In this document: piece by piece, positions 25,430 to 37,514 of the stretch | Position numbering within the stretch: position 1 is the stretch's first letter | Layout of the letters: the number at the start of each line of letters is the position of its first letter | From: Gekko japonicus | Taxonomy: Eukaryota | Reading direction: 5' to 3' | DNA length: 63,156 bases | Assembly (NCBI RefSeq): GCF_001447785.1 | Contig: NW_015171584.1 | Span: 38,547-101,702, forward strand | The notes under the pieces: generated by a model | Told to the model about the DNA's origin: nothing | The model's database searches: none | What the model saw: only the letters and a program-made list of their open reading frames with translations | Program-made: the position numbers and the translations under genes

Positions 25430-25800
25430 TTTTTACCTCTACTGTTCCTTGGGTCTCCAATTATATGTTCATGTAAACTGGACAGTCGTGCGTCTTTTCT
25501 TGGTTCTTGGTTCTCCCATTCTCCTGATACATATATAAAAAGGGTTGTGAACCATTTAGGAACAGGTTATGGTGATGAAATACCCTTTGGGAGAAAATCC
25601 ACTGATTTTTCATGATGTTGTTGCAGATATCAACATTAATATTGTTCTACGGTCTATTGGGAAAACATCCTCATTAAAGAGAGCCTCCCCCATATGATTG
25701 AATGTGAGAAAACAAATATGTTAATTAATACCCACAGGAATATTTGGTTAGGACAAATAAATAGTGAGAAAACTCAGAAGGGGCACATAACTCATCTATG
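25430..25800 (-). promoter_or_regulatory. putative OR promoter/non-coding exon 1 of unit A (paralogs ~35625-36000 and ~48780-49150)
   Basis: Donor AG|GTAAAA at 25436 is conserved in all three units. Also a TA-rich box at 25531-25540, O/E-like CCCTTTGGGA (25583) and TTAATTAAT (~25721). A second donor G|GTAAG lies at ~25208. Confidence 0.35.
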
Positions 25801-26109
25801 TTTTAATTTGGAAAATCACAGGACAGGTGTACCCTAACACCATGAAGTTATTTGTGACTTATGGTACCTTCCTCCACTTGAGGATGAAGTATAAATGAAT
25901 ATTTGGTGTCTTCACTCAATTACCTGAATATCTACGAGTACATAAGGAAGCAATAGGTTTAGTGGAAGCAGAAGGAACATGCAATCCCTGCACACAGATA
26001 TTTCCTGACTTAATCCATGTTGCTCAACAGAGTGCTAAACAACACGTAACACACAAATATACCTCAATGAAATCCACCATCCCCTTTTAAGCTTGAAAAA
26101 GCTAAAGTT

Positions 26110-26314
26110 CAATGCTCCCTCTAAGCTGTGGTCTGGTGAGCAAAAATTCTACTTTGTGAGCTTCTGGCAATAATGTTGTGAGTAAGTGATTTGGCTACTG
26201 CATAAATTAGTTTGCTCTGAAGCCATCTTTCCTGAGCGAAGATAAAAAATGCATGAGTTGGAGGCTAAAAAACCATGAGCTAGCTCATACTAACTCAGCT
26301 TAGAGGGAACACTG
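26110..26314 (+). mobile_element. hAT MITE
   Basis: TIRs CAATGCTCCCTCTAAG / CTTAGAGGGAACACTG; TSD CTAAAGTT / CTAAAGAT; empty site in unit C (~49446). Confidence 0.85.
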
Positions 26315-29300
26315 CTAAAGATATGTGTGATTGACAAAGCAATCCAAAACAGTTACACTCTGCAAGCTGATTAATTCAGTGGATTTTGAAGGGTGGAACT
26401 TTGTTTAGGATTGCATTGTGGAAGCAGGAATTTGCAGAATATTTTGGCTATTTTGGTCCAATCAAAAGTATCTCTGGTAAATTGCCTTTCACAGCCATTG
26501 ACTCCCCGTGTAGATGTGTACCTCTATCAGCATCAAAAGATGCATAAACCAGTTGAACAGTGCCTTGACATAATGATGTGGGTGAAGATACGCACTGGGG
26601 AAGGGTTGTGGCTCAGAGGCAGAACACCTGTTGAACATTCAGAATGTCCTAAGTTCAGTCCACAACATATCCAGCTAAAACTACCGTAGATATTTGGAAT
26701 GGTAGGAAATAGAAAGGTAGCATGTTCCATTTTCAGATAATGAGCTCTTCCTTCCAGTGAACTTGGATACCTGGAGGTGGACATATTGCATTACTTTGTT
26801 AATAGGCATGTTAGTGGAAGGGCAGGTTGGTGCAATTGTTAGGAGTGCCTTTGTCAATCTTCACCTAATCTACGAGATGCTTTCTGCTCTGGCCTACGTT
26901 TATCAGGCCATACGGATCCATGTTTCCATAACCTCTAACCTGGATACTGTAACAAGCAACACATGGGCTGCCCTTGAAAATGTAAGGACTGTATCCCCCC
27001 ATCTTTTGACTGGGGCTCCATTCATAAGCCAAAGAGTCTGTATTGTGCCTTCGTTGTTGCTGTGAAGGAAAAGACAGTCACTTTGTCAATGGAGCATCTA
27101 TACAGATGTTTTCTGTGCACCTGCCTCACTCAGCTGCCATTCCCCCTGCATTTTCTATGCCATATCACTAGATTGCTTCTGAGGGCTTTTTAAAAAAATG
27201 TAATTGCTCCAGTATGATCTAGAAATTGGTGATTTTTTTAAAAAAAGTCCTTAAACAGATCTTTGGTGGGGCTCCAAGTGGCTGATGGCAGATAGAAGCT
27301 TTCCATCCAGATGGCATCTTACGATGCTTGGAACCCATTCTTTCTGAAGCAATCTTTCCAGAAGACTGCAGCAAGGAAAAAATGGGGAAAACCTGAAAGA
27401 CAGTCATACAGAGAACAATGTAGTATGGATGCTCTTAAAAGCTGTTCTCCAGTTGGGTGCCAAACTTGAGAAATACATCTCTGTGATTCACAGTGGGCCA
27501 TATTGTATCACTTTTAATACAGCTTAATTGGTTTCCCATTTATGTTAGTTCAAGTTGTTGGGACTTCACTTTAAAGGCCCCCATGATTTTGGACCTGAGG
27601 AACCTCAGCTGTGAGTCTGCCATCCAAAGCTGCCATTTAGGGGTCCTGATCTCTGTAGTCAAAAGATCAGGTCTAATTCTGGGAGAACTCCAGGCTCCTC
27701 ATTGGGAAGTATACCCAGCCAGCACAGGTCACATGTTGCCAGAGTTTAGTGAACTTAACCTATACTGGAACCATATTTTCAATGCTCAACATTTAAACAA
27801 GAGGTGGGGGTGGGGAGATTAAACTCCAAAGGCCCAAGTTAAACTAGGAGGTCATGGAATGGCCTCTCTCTCATACAATGTTTGGGCTGAGTCTGAGTTG
27901 TAAGAGGAAGCCCGGATGAATTGTCATCTGGGACCTCATGGTGGCTCTTGAAAGTTCATCCACCATGAATAAGCAGTCTTGTTGGCTGTAGCTATCAAGA
28001 GTCTCTAGAAAGCTTCAGGACTTAAATCACTGTGAAGTGAAGGCCACTCCACTTGCAGTGGATTCTTAAACAGAACTACACACTTCTAAGTCCAAAGAAG
28101 TAAGTAAACTTAGAAGGGTTAACTATGTTCAGGGATGAAAAGGTCACAGGCAGACATCCATTTACACTGAGCCCAGGGTCATCTTAGGAGCTAAACCTGT
28201 CTTACTATTTTAAAATCTCTAGGCAATGTTTCCCCCACACACACTTCTCTTTCTCCTCTCTAGGTTAGCATGGAGCAGTGCAGGGCTTTTATGCAGGAGC
28301 AGAAGGGCCACAATACAAAACCAGAGAAAGTATACCTGTAAATACCCAGGGCTAGGAGGCCTTGGAATTTGTCTCATGTTGTATGATACAGGGTGCTGAC
28401 AGAATACTTGTCTGATACAGTAGGACATTTATTATGTTCTTTGGTACCAATTTCATAAAAGGGGGTATGCCTTTATTTGTAATTAAATGTCACAGATTAA
28501 AATAGAAAAAGGAATATGCAAGGACAACAATGTTCCCTTAATAGCAATTGAGAAAAGTAGACGATAATATGTGGAAAAAACACAATCCTGTTTCCCTGGG
28601 TCTAAATCCTGCCCTCAATTGGCAACCAAGCTGAAAGTTGCCAAATTGATTTCTGGTTATTTCTGGTGGAAATCAAGATACTCTCCAGCTTTCATTGTTC
28701 CATACATCAGTTTAAATTGCATACTGTCCTCTTTCCTGCTTCCAGATCATTCAGAAAATACAAAAAAAAAGTCACAAAAGAAGGAACACCCTTGTTAAGC
28801 CCCATCCTGGCCAAAGTTTTCTTTGTTGTGAGAGAATTTCAGTATTTTCTTCTTCCGGAACGGTGCAAGGGCACAGTTTTGTTCATAATTCTACCCTATG
28901 TTGTTGTTGTCAGCTTTGATCCTATGCCATGCTTTCATTTGTACTCTTCTTCGTCCACCGTGGAATTCATCCTTTGCAGTGCAACATGTTCTTCTGATCC
29001 TCCAACAGACAAGTTCACACTGCAAGGGCAGCAAGGTTTAGTATACACGCTTTGGCTTTTATCTCACCACTCCTCCAAGGAACCCTGGGCCATAAGTATG
29101 ATCCCCATGTTAACTTAACAAAAATCCTATAATGTAGGTTAGGATGAGGCAGTGACAGGTGCAAGGTCATCCACTGAGTTTTGTGGCAGGTGAGGGGATT
29201 GAGCACACACTTCCTCAACAAGTAGCCTGGTACTATAAACATGACAGCACACAGGCCCTATCTTTTACATGGCCATCTCTCAATTGACATCTCGATAGGA

Positions 29301-29843
29301 TGCCTTCTCTGAACAGACATTTCCTGTCTTAAAAATCTACTCTTACACCCACTTTATTCCACCAGGAGAGTCAGGATTAGGTTACTCCTTAGACACCAAA
29401 AGAGTGCGAGTGAAAAAAGTTTTGCCCAACTTGTGACTTCTGTTTTGTGATAGCAACCATTTCACCAAACATGTTTGCTCAATGTTAGTAGAGAACAACA
29501 GGTTGGACCCAGACAGATTTTTCACTCAGTTTTAACCAAGTTCCATCCTTTAGTATGGTTCCTCCCTCCTGTGGCTTTTGTCCTTTTGTGATCCCCACCA
29601 CAGTGTTTTTTTTGTTTTTAGTGGTCCAAGAGGACCACACCCTCCTTTTTCACCCTCATTAATGCTGGTTGGCTCCAACCCATAGAGTATTCTATGCTGG
29701 ATGTCTTTCTTTGTGGGATGAGACCTGAAAGTATAGGCAGAGGAAGCAGAAGTAATCTAACCACCACTTCCTTCAAAAAGAAGATTTTTGGAATCTTAAG
29801 GAAGAATGTTATTCTATAGTCAAACTTCCCATCTTTAGTAGGG

Positions 29844-30773
29844 TTAAGGTTTTCTATTAAACAGTTTCTTCATGCATGTCTTCACTTCCCTGTTTCTCAA
29901 GGTATATACGATAGGGTTAAACATTGGGACTAAAATGGCGTAAAACAAAGACAGTAATTTGTTGATATCCCTCGTCTCTTCCGTTCTGGGAGTCAGATGG
30001 GCAATAGTTGCTGAGCCATAGAATAAAGATACCATGATGAGGTGTGAGGAGCAAGTAGCAAACACTTTCTTCCGACCTTCTGCTGAAGGCATCTTCAGAA
30101 TGGCAGAGATAATCTTCACATAAGAAGCAACGATAAGGAAAAAAGGGAGGATTAGGATAACTGTGGTAGCTGCAAACAAATAAACTTCATTCACAAAAAT
30201 TTCAGCACAGGCCAACTCCAGCAATGGACTGAGATCACAGAAGAAGTGGTTAATTTCATGAGAGCCACAAAAGGGCAAGGTAAACAGCAGGTATGTCTGT
30301 CCTACATGCACAAGCATGCAAAGAATCAGTGGCCCAGTAACAAGTTTTAAACAGAGCTCTTTGCTCATGATGAGTTTATAGTGCAAGGGGTGACATATGG
30401 CCACATATCGGTCATAGGCCATTGCAGCCAGAAGGAAACACTCTGTGCTTGCTAGTACATACATGACATACATTTGGACAGCACAGCCAACAAAGGAGAT
30501 GTTCTTGTTCTCTGCCAGAAAGTTAACCAGCATCTTTGGGAGGGTAACTGAGGTGTAGCAGATCTCAAGAAATGACAAGTTCCTCAAAAAGAAATACATT
30601 GGGCTATCTAGAGCAGCATCAGTCAATGTAACATAAATTGTAAGTCCATTTCCTAGTATGATGCCCACATAGATGAAAAGGAACACCACAAAGAGCAGCA
30701 CCTGTAGAACGGGGAATTCAGAGTATCCGAGGAGAATGAAGTCAGACAGTGCAGTGTGATTCTCGTTTATCAT
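29844..30773 (-). CDS. olfactory receptor, class II, OR10-like (309 aa)
   Basis: Intact ORF from MINENHT: GN, LDSPMYFFL, MAYDRYVAICHPLHY, HFFCDL, KVFATCSSHL, PMFNPIVYTLRN. A splice acceptor lies just upstream of the ATG. Confidence 0.95.
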   Translation of the reverse strand: MINENHTALSDFILLGYSEFPVLQVLLFVVFLFIYVGIILGNGLTIYVTLTDAALDSPMYFFLRNLSFLEICYTSVTLPKMLVNFLAENKNISFVGCAVQMYVMYVLASTECFLLAAMAYDRYVAICHPLHYKLIMSKELCLKLVTGPLILCMLVHVGQTYLLFTLPFCGSHEINHFFCDLSPLLELACAEIFVNEVYLFAATTVILILPFFLIVASYVKIISAILKMPSAEGRKKVFATCSSHLIMVSLFYGSATIAHLTPRTEETRDINKLLSLFYAILVPMFNPIVYTLRNREVKTCMKKLFNRKP

Positions 30774-31234
30774 TGTTGGTTGTATCTGCTCTAGAATAAC
30801 AAAGACAGGAAACACACATTAATCACCCCAAACAAAATTGTTATACATTCCCCACAATCAGAAATTCAATTATTTGTTAAAAAGTCAAGACTCTAAATTC
30901 AATTGTTACCCTTTTCTTTAGAATAGTATACTAGAATACTTAATATAATGCAAGGAATATTTGGAGGTTTTGCTGCATCCACTTCAACAAAGAAAAAGAA
31001 AATGCTGTTAAGTGACCTCCACACCTGGGAGGAGAGAATGGAGAGTATCAGTTTACTTCCCACACTTAGAAAAGATACCTTTACACATTTATTTGCTATT
31101 TTGACATATTTATTGCTTTACAACTGTTGACCTTATAACCTTAGCTTGTTATCTAATTTTGTCTTTGCACATCTTCATCATGTTTTGCTGTTCAGCCCTG
31201 TCTATAAGTTTGAACCTTACCTACCATTCCAATG

Positions 31235-31325
31235 TATTTGGAAAAGTATGCATGTACATGAAAGCTCATACCTTGAATAAAACATTGTTGGTCTTAAAGG
31301 TGCCATTGGATTCTAAGTTTGTTGT
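31235..31325 (+). mobile_element. Penelope-type repeat remnant with decayed hammerhead
   Basis: AAGTATGCATGTACATGAAAGCTCATACCTTGAATAAAAC..TTGGTCTTAAAGGTGCCA; same family as 54778-54900. Confidence 0.55.
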
Positions 31326-31442
31326 ACATACATGTAGTCTATGTTGTCTCCTGCTAGTTTTTCTACTGATTAGAGAGGAAGATTAGGCCAGTTTGAAAAC
31401 TGTTTTGCACATAATTTAGCTTAAACAATCCTGCTTTCTGCT

Positions 31443-31660
31443 CTGACCTGAGTAGCCCAGGCTCCTCTGATCTCCTCAGATCTCAGAAGTGAAAAAGGAT
31501 TGGCTCTGATTAGCAATTCAGAGGAAGACCATCAAGGAATTCCAGTCTCTCTGTGCAGAGGAAGGCAATGACAAAATCAGCTCTGTTGATCTCTTGCCTG
31601 GAAAACTCCTCAGGGTCACCACAAATTAACTGCAACCTGACAGAACTTTACATACACACA
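31443..31660 (+). mobile_element. 5S rRNA-derived SINE (unit B copy)
   Basis: Paralog of 16484-16760. Confidence 0.65.
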
Positions 31661-31899
31661 CTCAGAGTACTTTCTGCAGTGTAAGTAATGTGTGCTCCAG
31701 AAGCTGAATAACTTCTCCTAATATCCCTGCTCAGATCTGTGGTTCAAATTTGAATTATACCACTAAACATATTATAAATCTTAGAAGCACAGCCCTTTTC
31801 TTTAGTCACTATAATCTCCATCTGTCATGAAAATGATTATTAAAAAAAAGAATTGATTATTAAAATGATTATGGAAAATAATTATGAGGGGTCACTATG

Positions 31900-32765
31900 T
31901 GTAACAGTTCTCACAGTTCCTCACGGTCCTTGTCCCACCTTCTGAATCTCCTGAACCTCTTGATGTGGCTCCCCGTCCAGTCACAGGGGTTCGGGTTTTG
32001 CAGACTGAGGATCTCCAGTCGAACACCCCGGGTCCCGTTTGAGGCAGCTTATGTGAATTACTGGATGTAAAGCCTGCAGGGATTTGGGCAGGTCGAGTTC
32101 TACTGCAACCTAGTTTATCACCCTTAGAATTTTAAAGGGGCCCACATACTTCCATCCCAGTTTTCGGCATGGCTGCAGACCCTTAATGTTCTTGGTGGAC
32201 ATATAGAATCGCCAGAGGTCAAATCCCATCCAAGAGATCGCTTTGCATCAGCATATTTTTTATAGTCACGTTTAGCCTTGCCCAACATTTTTCTCAACAC
32301 CTCCCAGTTCTTAGTAACATTATGCCATCCCCCTGTATGAGTTGGGAGAGGTCTATCATCGGGAGAGGAACCCCCTCGTACCCATACACTGCCTTAAACA
32401 GGCTCATCCCCGTGGATGAGTGAACAGAGTTATTTTATGCAAATTCAGCAAAAGGTAAAAGTTGCACCCAGTCAGTCTGTTGATGGTTTATATAACATCA
32501 CAAGATTTGCTCCAAAATTTGGTTTGTCCTCTCTGATTGTCCATCAGTTTCCGGGTGATGGCTTGACCCCACCCCCCTTTCAATGCCCAAGAGCTTCGTG
32601 AGCCTCTGTCAGATATTAATTTGCGTGGGATCCCGTGCAATTTGACAACATGCTGCAAGAACATAATGGCCAGTTGCTTGGCCGTGGGGATAGATTTTCA
32701 TGGCACAAAATGGGCTTGCTTAGAGAATAAATCAACAACCATCCAAATTACTGTTTTCCCCTCAC
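31900..32765 (-). mobile_element. Gypsy/Ty3 integrase fragment
   Basis: Minus strand gives GKTVIWMVVDLFSKQAHFVP (core) and KYVGPFKILRVI..VAVELDLPKSLQALHPVIHISCLK (GPY/F module). Confidence 0.85.
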
Positions 32766-32961
32766 TTATCCGCACAACCTCATTGGTTGTTAATTGTAAA
32801 TAGGCGTGGCTATGTTAGCCCGGGAATGTTTAAAAGGAGCCTAGCTCCCTATGTTTGTTGTTCTGGTTATGAATGCGTTTAAGTGCTTGTTCGTTACTTC
32901 AATAAAGCTGAATCACTTTGCTGAAATCGCTCTCCTGGCCTTTGTTAGTGGCGACCTAACA
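32766..32961 (+). mobile_element. LTR 3' half (same family as solo LTR 60057-60416)
   Basis: CCAAT/TATA-like boxes, AATAAA at ~32901 and terminal CCTAACA; reverse-complement similarity to 60057-60245. Confidence 0.75.
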
Positions 32962-33858
32962 TGTCTCCCTTTCTTTACCCATAACTAGCAAGTATGGTTT
33001 TAAGTTCCCTTGCTTTTCGGTAGTCTTCCTGCTTCCTTTACCATAAACAAGATCAGCCATAGCTTCTTGAAGTCTGCTGTCTTAAGTGCACTTTCCTCGG
33101 AGTAAGCCCCATTGAATAACATGGACCCTCTGAGTAGATCTGCTTAGGATTGTTCCTTCTCTCTTCTTTCAAAAAGAGAGGCTCAGAGCATGTTCATGAA
33201 AGATATTTATACTAGGGTCCTCCTGAGTATTCAAAAATGCTGTTGTTATGAACAACAGTTCATTACTTCATTGGTAAAATAATTGTCTTGCTATGGCTAG
33301 TTATCATAAAATACTGCAGAAATACAGTGAAGAAGTTAAGTATGATCAACCTAACTTCCATTCTTTTCTTTGGGAGTTAGTCATGACTAAGTTTTACCAT
33401 CACTGGGCCCAAAAATCATAGGTAAACAATGACCTTCTTAGTTATCATATTTCACCATCTCTCCTTATATATAATTGTGAAGTGGGTTGAGACTTTCTGA
33501 ACATTCCTAAATCAGTAGGCTCCATGATGTGTCACTCAGAAGCTGTCCTTATCCACTGGCTGTGTTGCCTGAGTCCCGCCTCCAACATTCTAAACAGTTT
33601 GCTGCTCTTCTTCCACCCCCCCCCATAGCCACTTGGAACACAGAGGTCATTTGCATATATGGCCTGATTGGCCTTTGCCTCTAACATTCTAAACAGTTTG
33701 CTCTTGCTGTTATTGATTGTGTCCTGAGGTAAAATACATATCCCAATCTTCCCTCTAATGGTCACTGGAGTTGCCAATCTCCCTGTGGGGCCTGGAGATC
33801 TCTCAGAAATCATTGTGTCCCCCAGCCACATCACATCATTTCCCCTACAGAAAGTTTC

Positions 33859-34445
33859 CCAGCTATTACAACTGATGTCCAGATGACCAAGATCAGTTCT
33901 CCTGGAGACAATGGCTGCTTGGACTCTGTGGCATTATACCATGCTGAAGTCCCTCCCCACCCCAAACCATGTCCTCCCCAGGATCTACCCTGCAAATCTA
34001 CAGGTATTTCCCAACCCAGTGTTGGCAACCCTGTAACTGGTTATGGAACAACTTTCCAGACCCTTGGAATCCAGAAAGCATGGCATAGAAGGTGATTTTC
34101 TACCTTAGCTGCCACTGCATAGCCCCACATTAACATAAGCCAACCTCCAGGCGGCACCTGGAGATCTCCAGCTATTACAACTGATGTCCAGATGACCAAG
34201 ATCAGTTCTCCTGGAGACAATGGCTACTTTGGTCTATGGTATTATACCCTGATGAGGTCCCTCCCCAGCCCTTCCCTCCCCAGGCTCTACCCCCTCAAAT
34301 CTACAGATATTTCCCAACACAGAGTTGCCAACCCTGTAACTGGCTATGGAACCAGGTTCCAGACCCTTGGAACCCAGAAGACATGGCATAGGAGGAGGTA
34401 GTTTTCTACCTTATCTGCCACTGCATAACCCCAAATCAACATAAG
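33859..34445. repeat. tandem duplication (~300-bp unit x2) containing a MITE-like repeat
   Basis: CCAGCTATTACAACTGATGTCCAGATGACCAAGATCAGTTCTCCTGGAGACAATGGCT starts at both ~33859 and ~34168. Confidence 0.8.
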
Positions 34446-36675
34446 TCAGGGGTGGAGGGAACCATACCTGTTACCACGAGGCTCTCCTCCCATACTACCC
34501 ACGGGGCAGCAAAATGACTTGAGGCAGACCTGTCTTAAAGCTAACTAGAAGGAAATAAACACGGCTTGCTTCCCTCTGTTTCCCCCTTCCCTCCGCTGCC
34601 CCACCAGCCACAGCTGGGACACTCACCTGGAACTTCCTTCTAGAGCTTATTGTATTTTTTTCCCACAACAGGCCTTACTCCTAGTAGCAGTATATTTCAG
34701 AAGTGCTCCCATTTATAAATACATATATAAGGCTGGATCTTAAAGTTCTGTTTCACTAACATGGAGATTTCTACTTTTTTCTGATGGAAGAGGTGTGTTC
34801 CATCAGTGGAAGATTTTATCAATACCAGTATAGAACTTTTAAATCGAACTGATGTTTATCATTTAATTGATCAATCTGTTACACACCATGACAGCAAACT
34901 GAGACATTATATTTTAACAAGTCGATATTCTAATCAATGAAGCAAAGAGAAGCTAAGTATAATTTATAAGACTGACAAAATTATAAAAGAATATACTTGG
35001 CTCTGAGTAAATATAAATCCTCTAAACAATTATGAAAGGAATATTATCTCTACTGTTAAATATTCCACCAAGTATATCCATCAATACTTTACTACAGAGC
35101 TTAACATAGCACATCTAGGTTTCCATGAGTCTGCCCATGTGAAAACTGGCCAGTTTCAGATTTGGTGAACTTCAGTAATGTTAAGCATTCCCTGGAACTA
35201 GATTTTGACTTGCAATCTAAGCCAAAGAAACTAATTTTAATGGACCATGCCTGTGTGGATTCAAAAGTTTCTAGCTGTACATCAATGATGGGTCAAATGT
35301 TTCTTATTTTGCATCCCATTTGTATGGAAAAAAGGTAGGCATATAAATATTTTATTTTTAAAGATACACTCACACAAACAGACACTGAAGATTTCAATAA
35401 CTGTCTAGCTTGATAAAATCCTTACCCATATCTCAGGTGTCTGCTAACATTGGAGATGCAGGACATAGAAAAAAATCTTGTTGACTATTACCTTTCCTGT
35501 CTTCAGATCATCGCAAGCAGACTTGTGGTTTCTCAGCAAAGCACTGGCAATGCATCACATATTCTTGACACACTAGTTGAGAATTGGTATACTTCAAAAA
35601 ATGAACAATTCAGAAAATAACATTTTTTTTACCTCTGCTGTTCCATGGGTTTCCAATTATATGTTCATGTAAACTGGACAGTCCCAGGTCTTTTCTTGGT
35701 TCTCCTGTGTTCTTGATACATAAGTAGAAAGATTTGTGTACCATTCAGGAATGGCCTAGTGTGATGAAATACTTCTTGGAAGAAATCCCACAGATGTCAA
35801 AATAAATAGTGCTCTATGGTCTATTGGGAAAATATCCTCATTAAAGAGAACTCCACCCCTAATGAATCTGAGAAAACAAGGAGTGTCTTCTGTGAGTGTC
35901 TTCTGTGACAGTTGGTTGATTAATACCCAAATGAATATTTTGCTAGGGCAAATAAATTGTGAGTAAACCCACAAGGGAAACATAACTGCCATGATTTAAT
36001 TTGGAAAATCACAGGACAGTTGTGCCCTAACACTATGAAACTCTTTTTAAAAATTCCACAGGTATAACATTGCTCTGTGGCCTACTGGAATAACATCCTG
36101 CTGAAAGAGAAACTATTTATTTATTTTTTTAATTTACATTTGAATCTGACAAACCTCGGCCCAGGAAAAAATATTTTATCTATGATCTAATGCCTTCCCT
36201 GAGACTTGTTTAATTAATACACAAACAAAATATATTGCTGGGATCTGAATTACTATTTCTTTAAATGACCCATCAATCAAATGAAAACATTTCTCACAAT
36301 GCAATCTTACAGTTAAAGCTTTCTAAATCCATTTAAATCGATGGACTAAGAGTGGTTTTATTCTGATTAGGATTGCATTGTTTTTTGCTTATTTGTTTGT
36401 TACATTTGTACATGAATAATACTGTAGTTTCCCCTGCCACATCCATAGCTCCAAGAAACCAGGACTGAAATACGAGCACAACCATTTTGTGTGGCTGAAA
36501 GCAATGCCAGAAAAAGACAGGAGAGACAGAAAAACAAATAGATGTGAACTTGTGTTCAACTACAGATGGTCTAAACTGGCAATTCCAGAACAAGACAGGA
36601 GTATGGGTATGTACTCAGTATAAACCGAACAACCCCCCCCCCAGGATACAGTATTTGTTGGGAATTAATTCAGCC

Positions 36676-36949
36676 TGTTATGTATTGAGCCTAAGCCTTT
36701 CCTCTAGCTGTACCTAGAACAGGCTGAGCTTGCTTTTCTAGAACAATAGCTCACCTGGAACCAGGAACTAACCAGTAGATAAGCAGTGTAATGTAAATAG
36801 CCTATCACTGGGAGTGTGTGTGTTGGGTGTGGTGTTTTGCATGCTTATAAGCAGGGCTCCAGCCCTGCTAGCTTGTCTTGTAGTTTGCTGGAATCACTGA
36901 ATAAACCTGAGCTAATCACTGCAGTGCATCTAGAACCCAGTATTTAACA
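36676..36949 (+). mobile_element. solo LTR, 5-bp TSD
   Basis: TGTTA...TAACA termini; TATAA at 36846, AATAAA at 36900; TSD CAGCC at 36671-36675 and 36950-36954. Confidence 0.85.
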
Positions 36950-37514
36950 CAGCCGAATACAGATCAAAGGATCTGGCTTGGCTACCAATATAGCTGAGCC
37001 TAAATAAAAGTCTTCTTTTTTTTGTAATTTTTTTGGCTTTTAATTGGGTTCACTATAGCAGACAGGATCAGCTGGGGTGGAAAAAGCAAAGAGCTCCGAG
37101 CTACCTCAGCTGGTGGGCTCTTCAAGCCAGGCCTGCCTGTGGCAAGGAGAGAGCTCCCCACCACAGACAGACCCCTGGGACAGCTTCTCCTGCACGGTGG
37201 TATAAACTGCTGGGCAGGAGAAGCCTTCAAGCCAGGTCTGCATGTGATGGGGAGAAAGTTCCCCACCTCACGCAGATCCCGGGGCCAACTTCTCCTGCCC
37301 AGCAGTTTAAACCTTCAGGCAGGAGAGTCCCAGACAGTTCTGTGTGCTGAAAAAATCTGGCAATCCCAAATATTTCCCTAATCTCAACATCATGCTAGTA
37401 TTGGGATTTGGGAATATTGGGAAACACTAATTTTTTTGGGGGGAGTCAGTATAATTCACCGGAAAAATACCATTTTTAAAATGCATGTCCCTGGACAGGA
37501 GAGACAGAATTCCA

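Larger units (their letters stand above)
16263..29010. repeat. segmental duplication unit A (OR 5' region lacking its OR CDS)
   Basis: Colinear similarity to 30833-41350 and 46175-52180, starting with AAAATTG(C/T)TATACATT..CCACAATCAGAAATTCAATTATTTGTTAA. Confidence 0.85.

Noticed and set aside
30774-30815. N-terminal extensions of ORs in the ORF track (also 62734-62772 and 8282-8305)
   Set aside because: They begin at GTG/TTG within the intron polypyrimidine tract; the true starts are the downstream ATGs.
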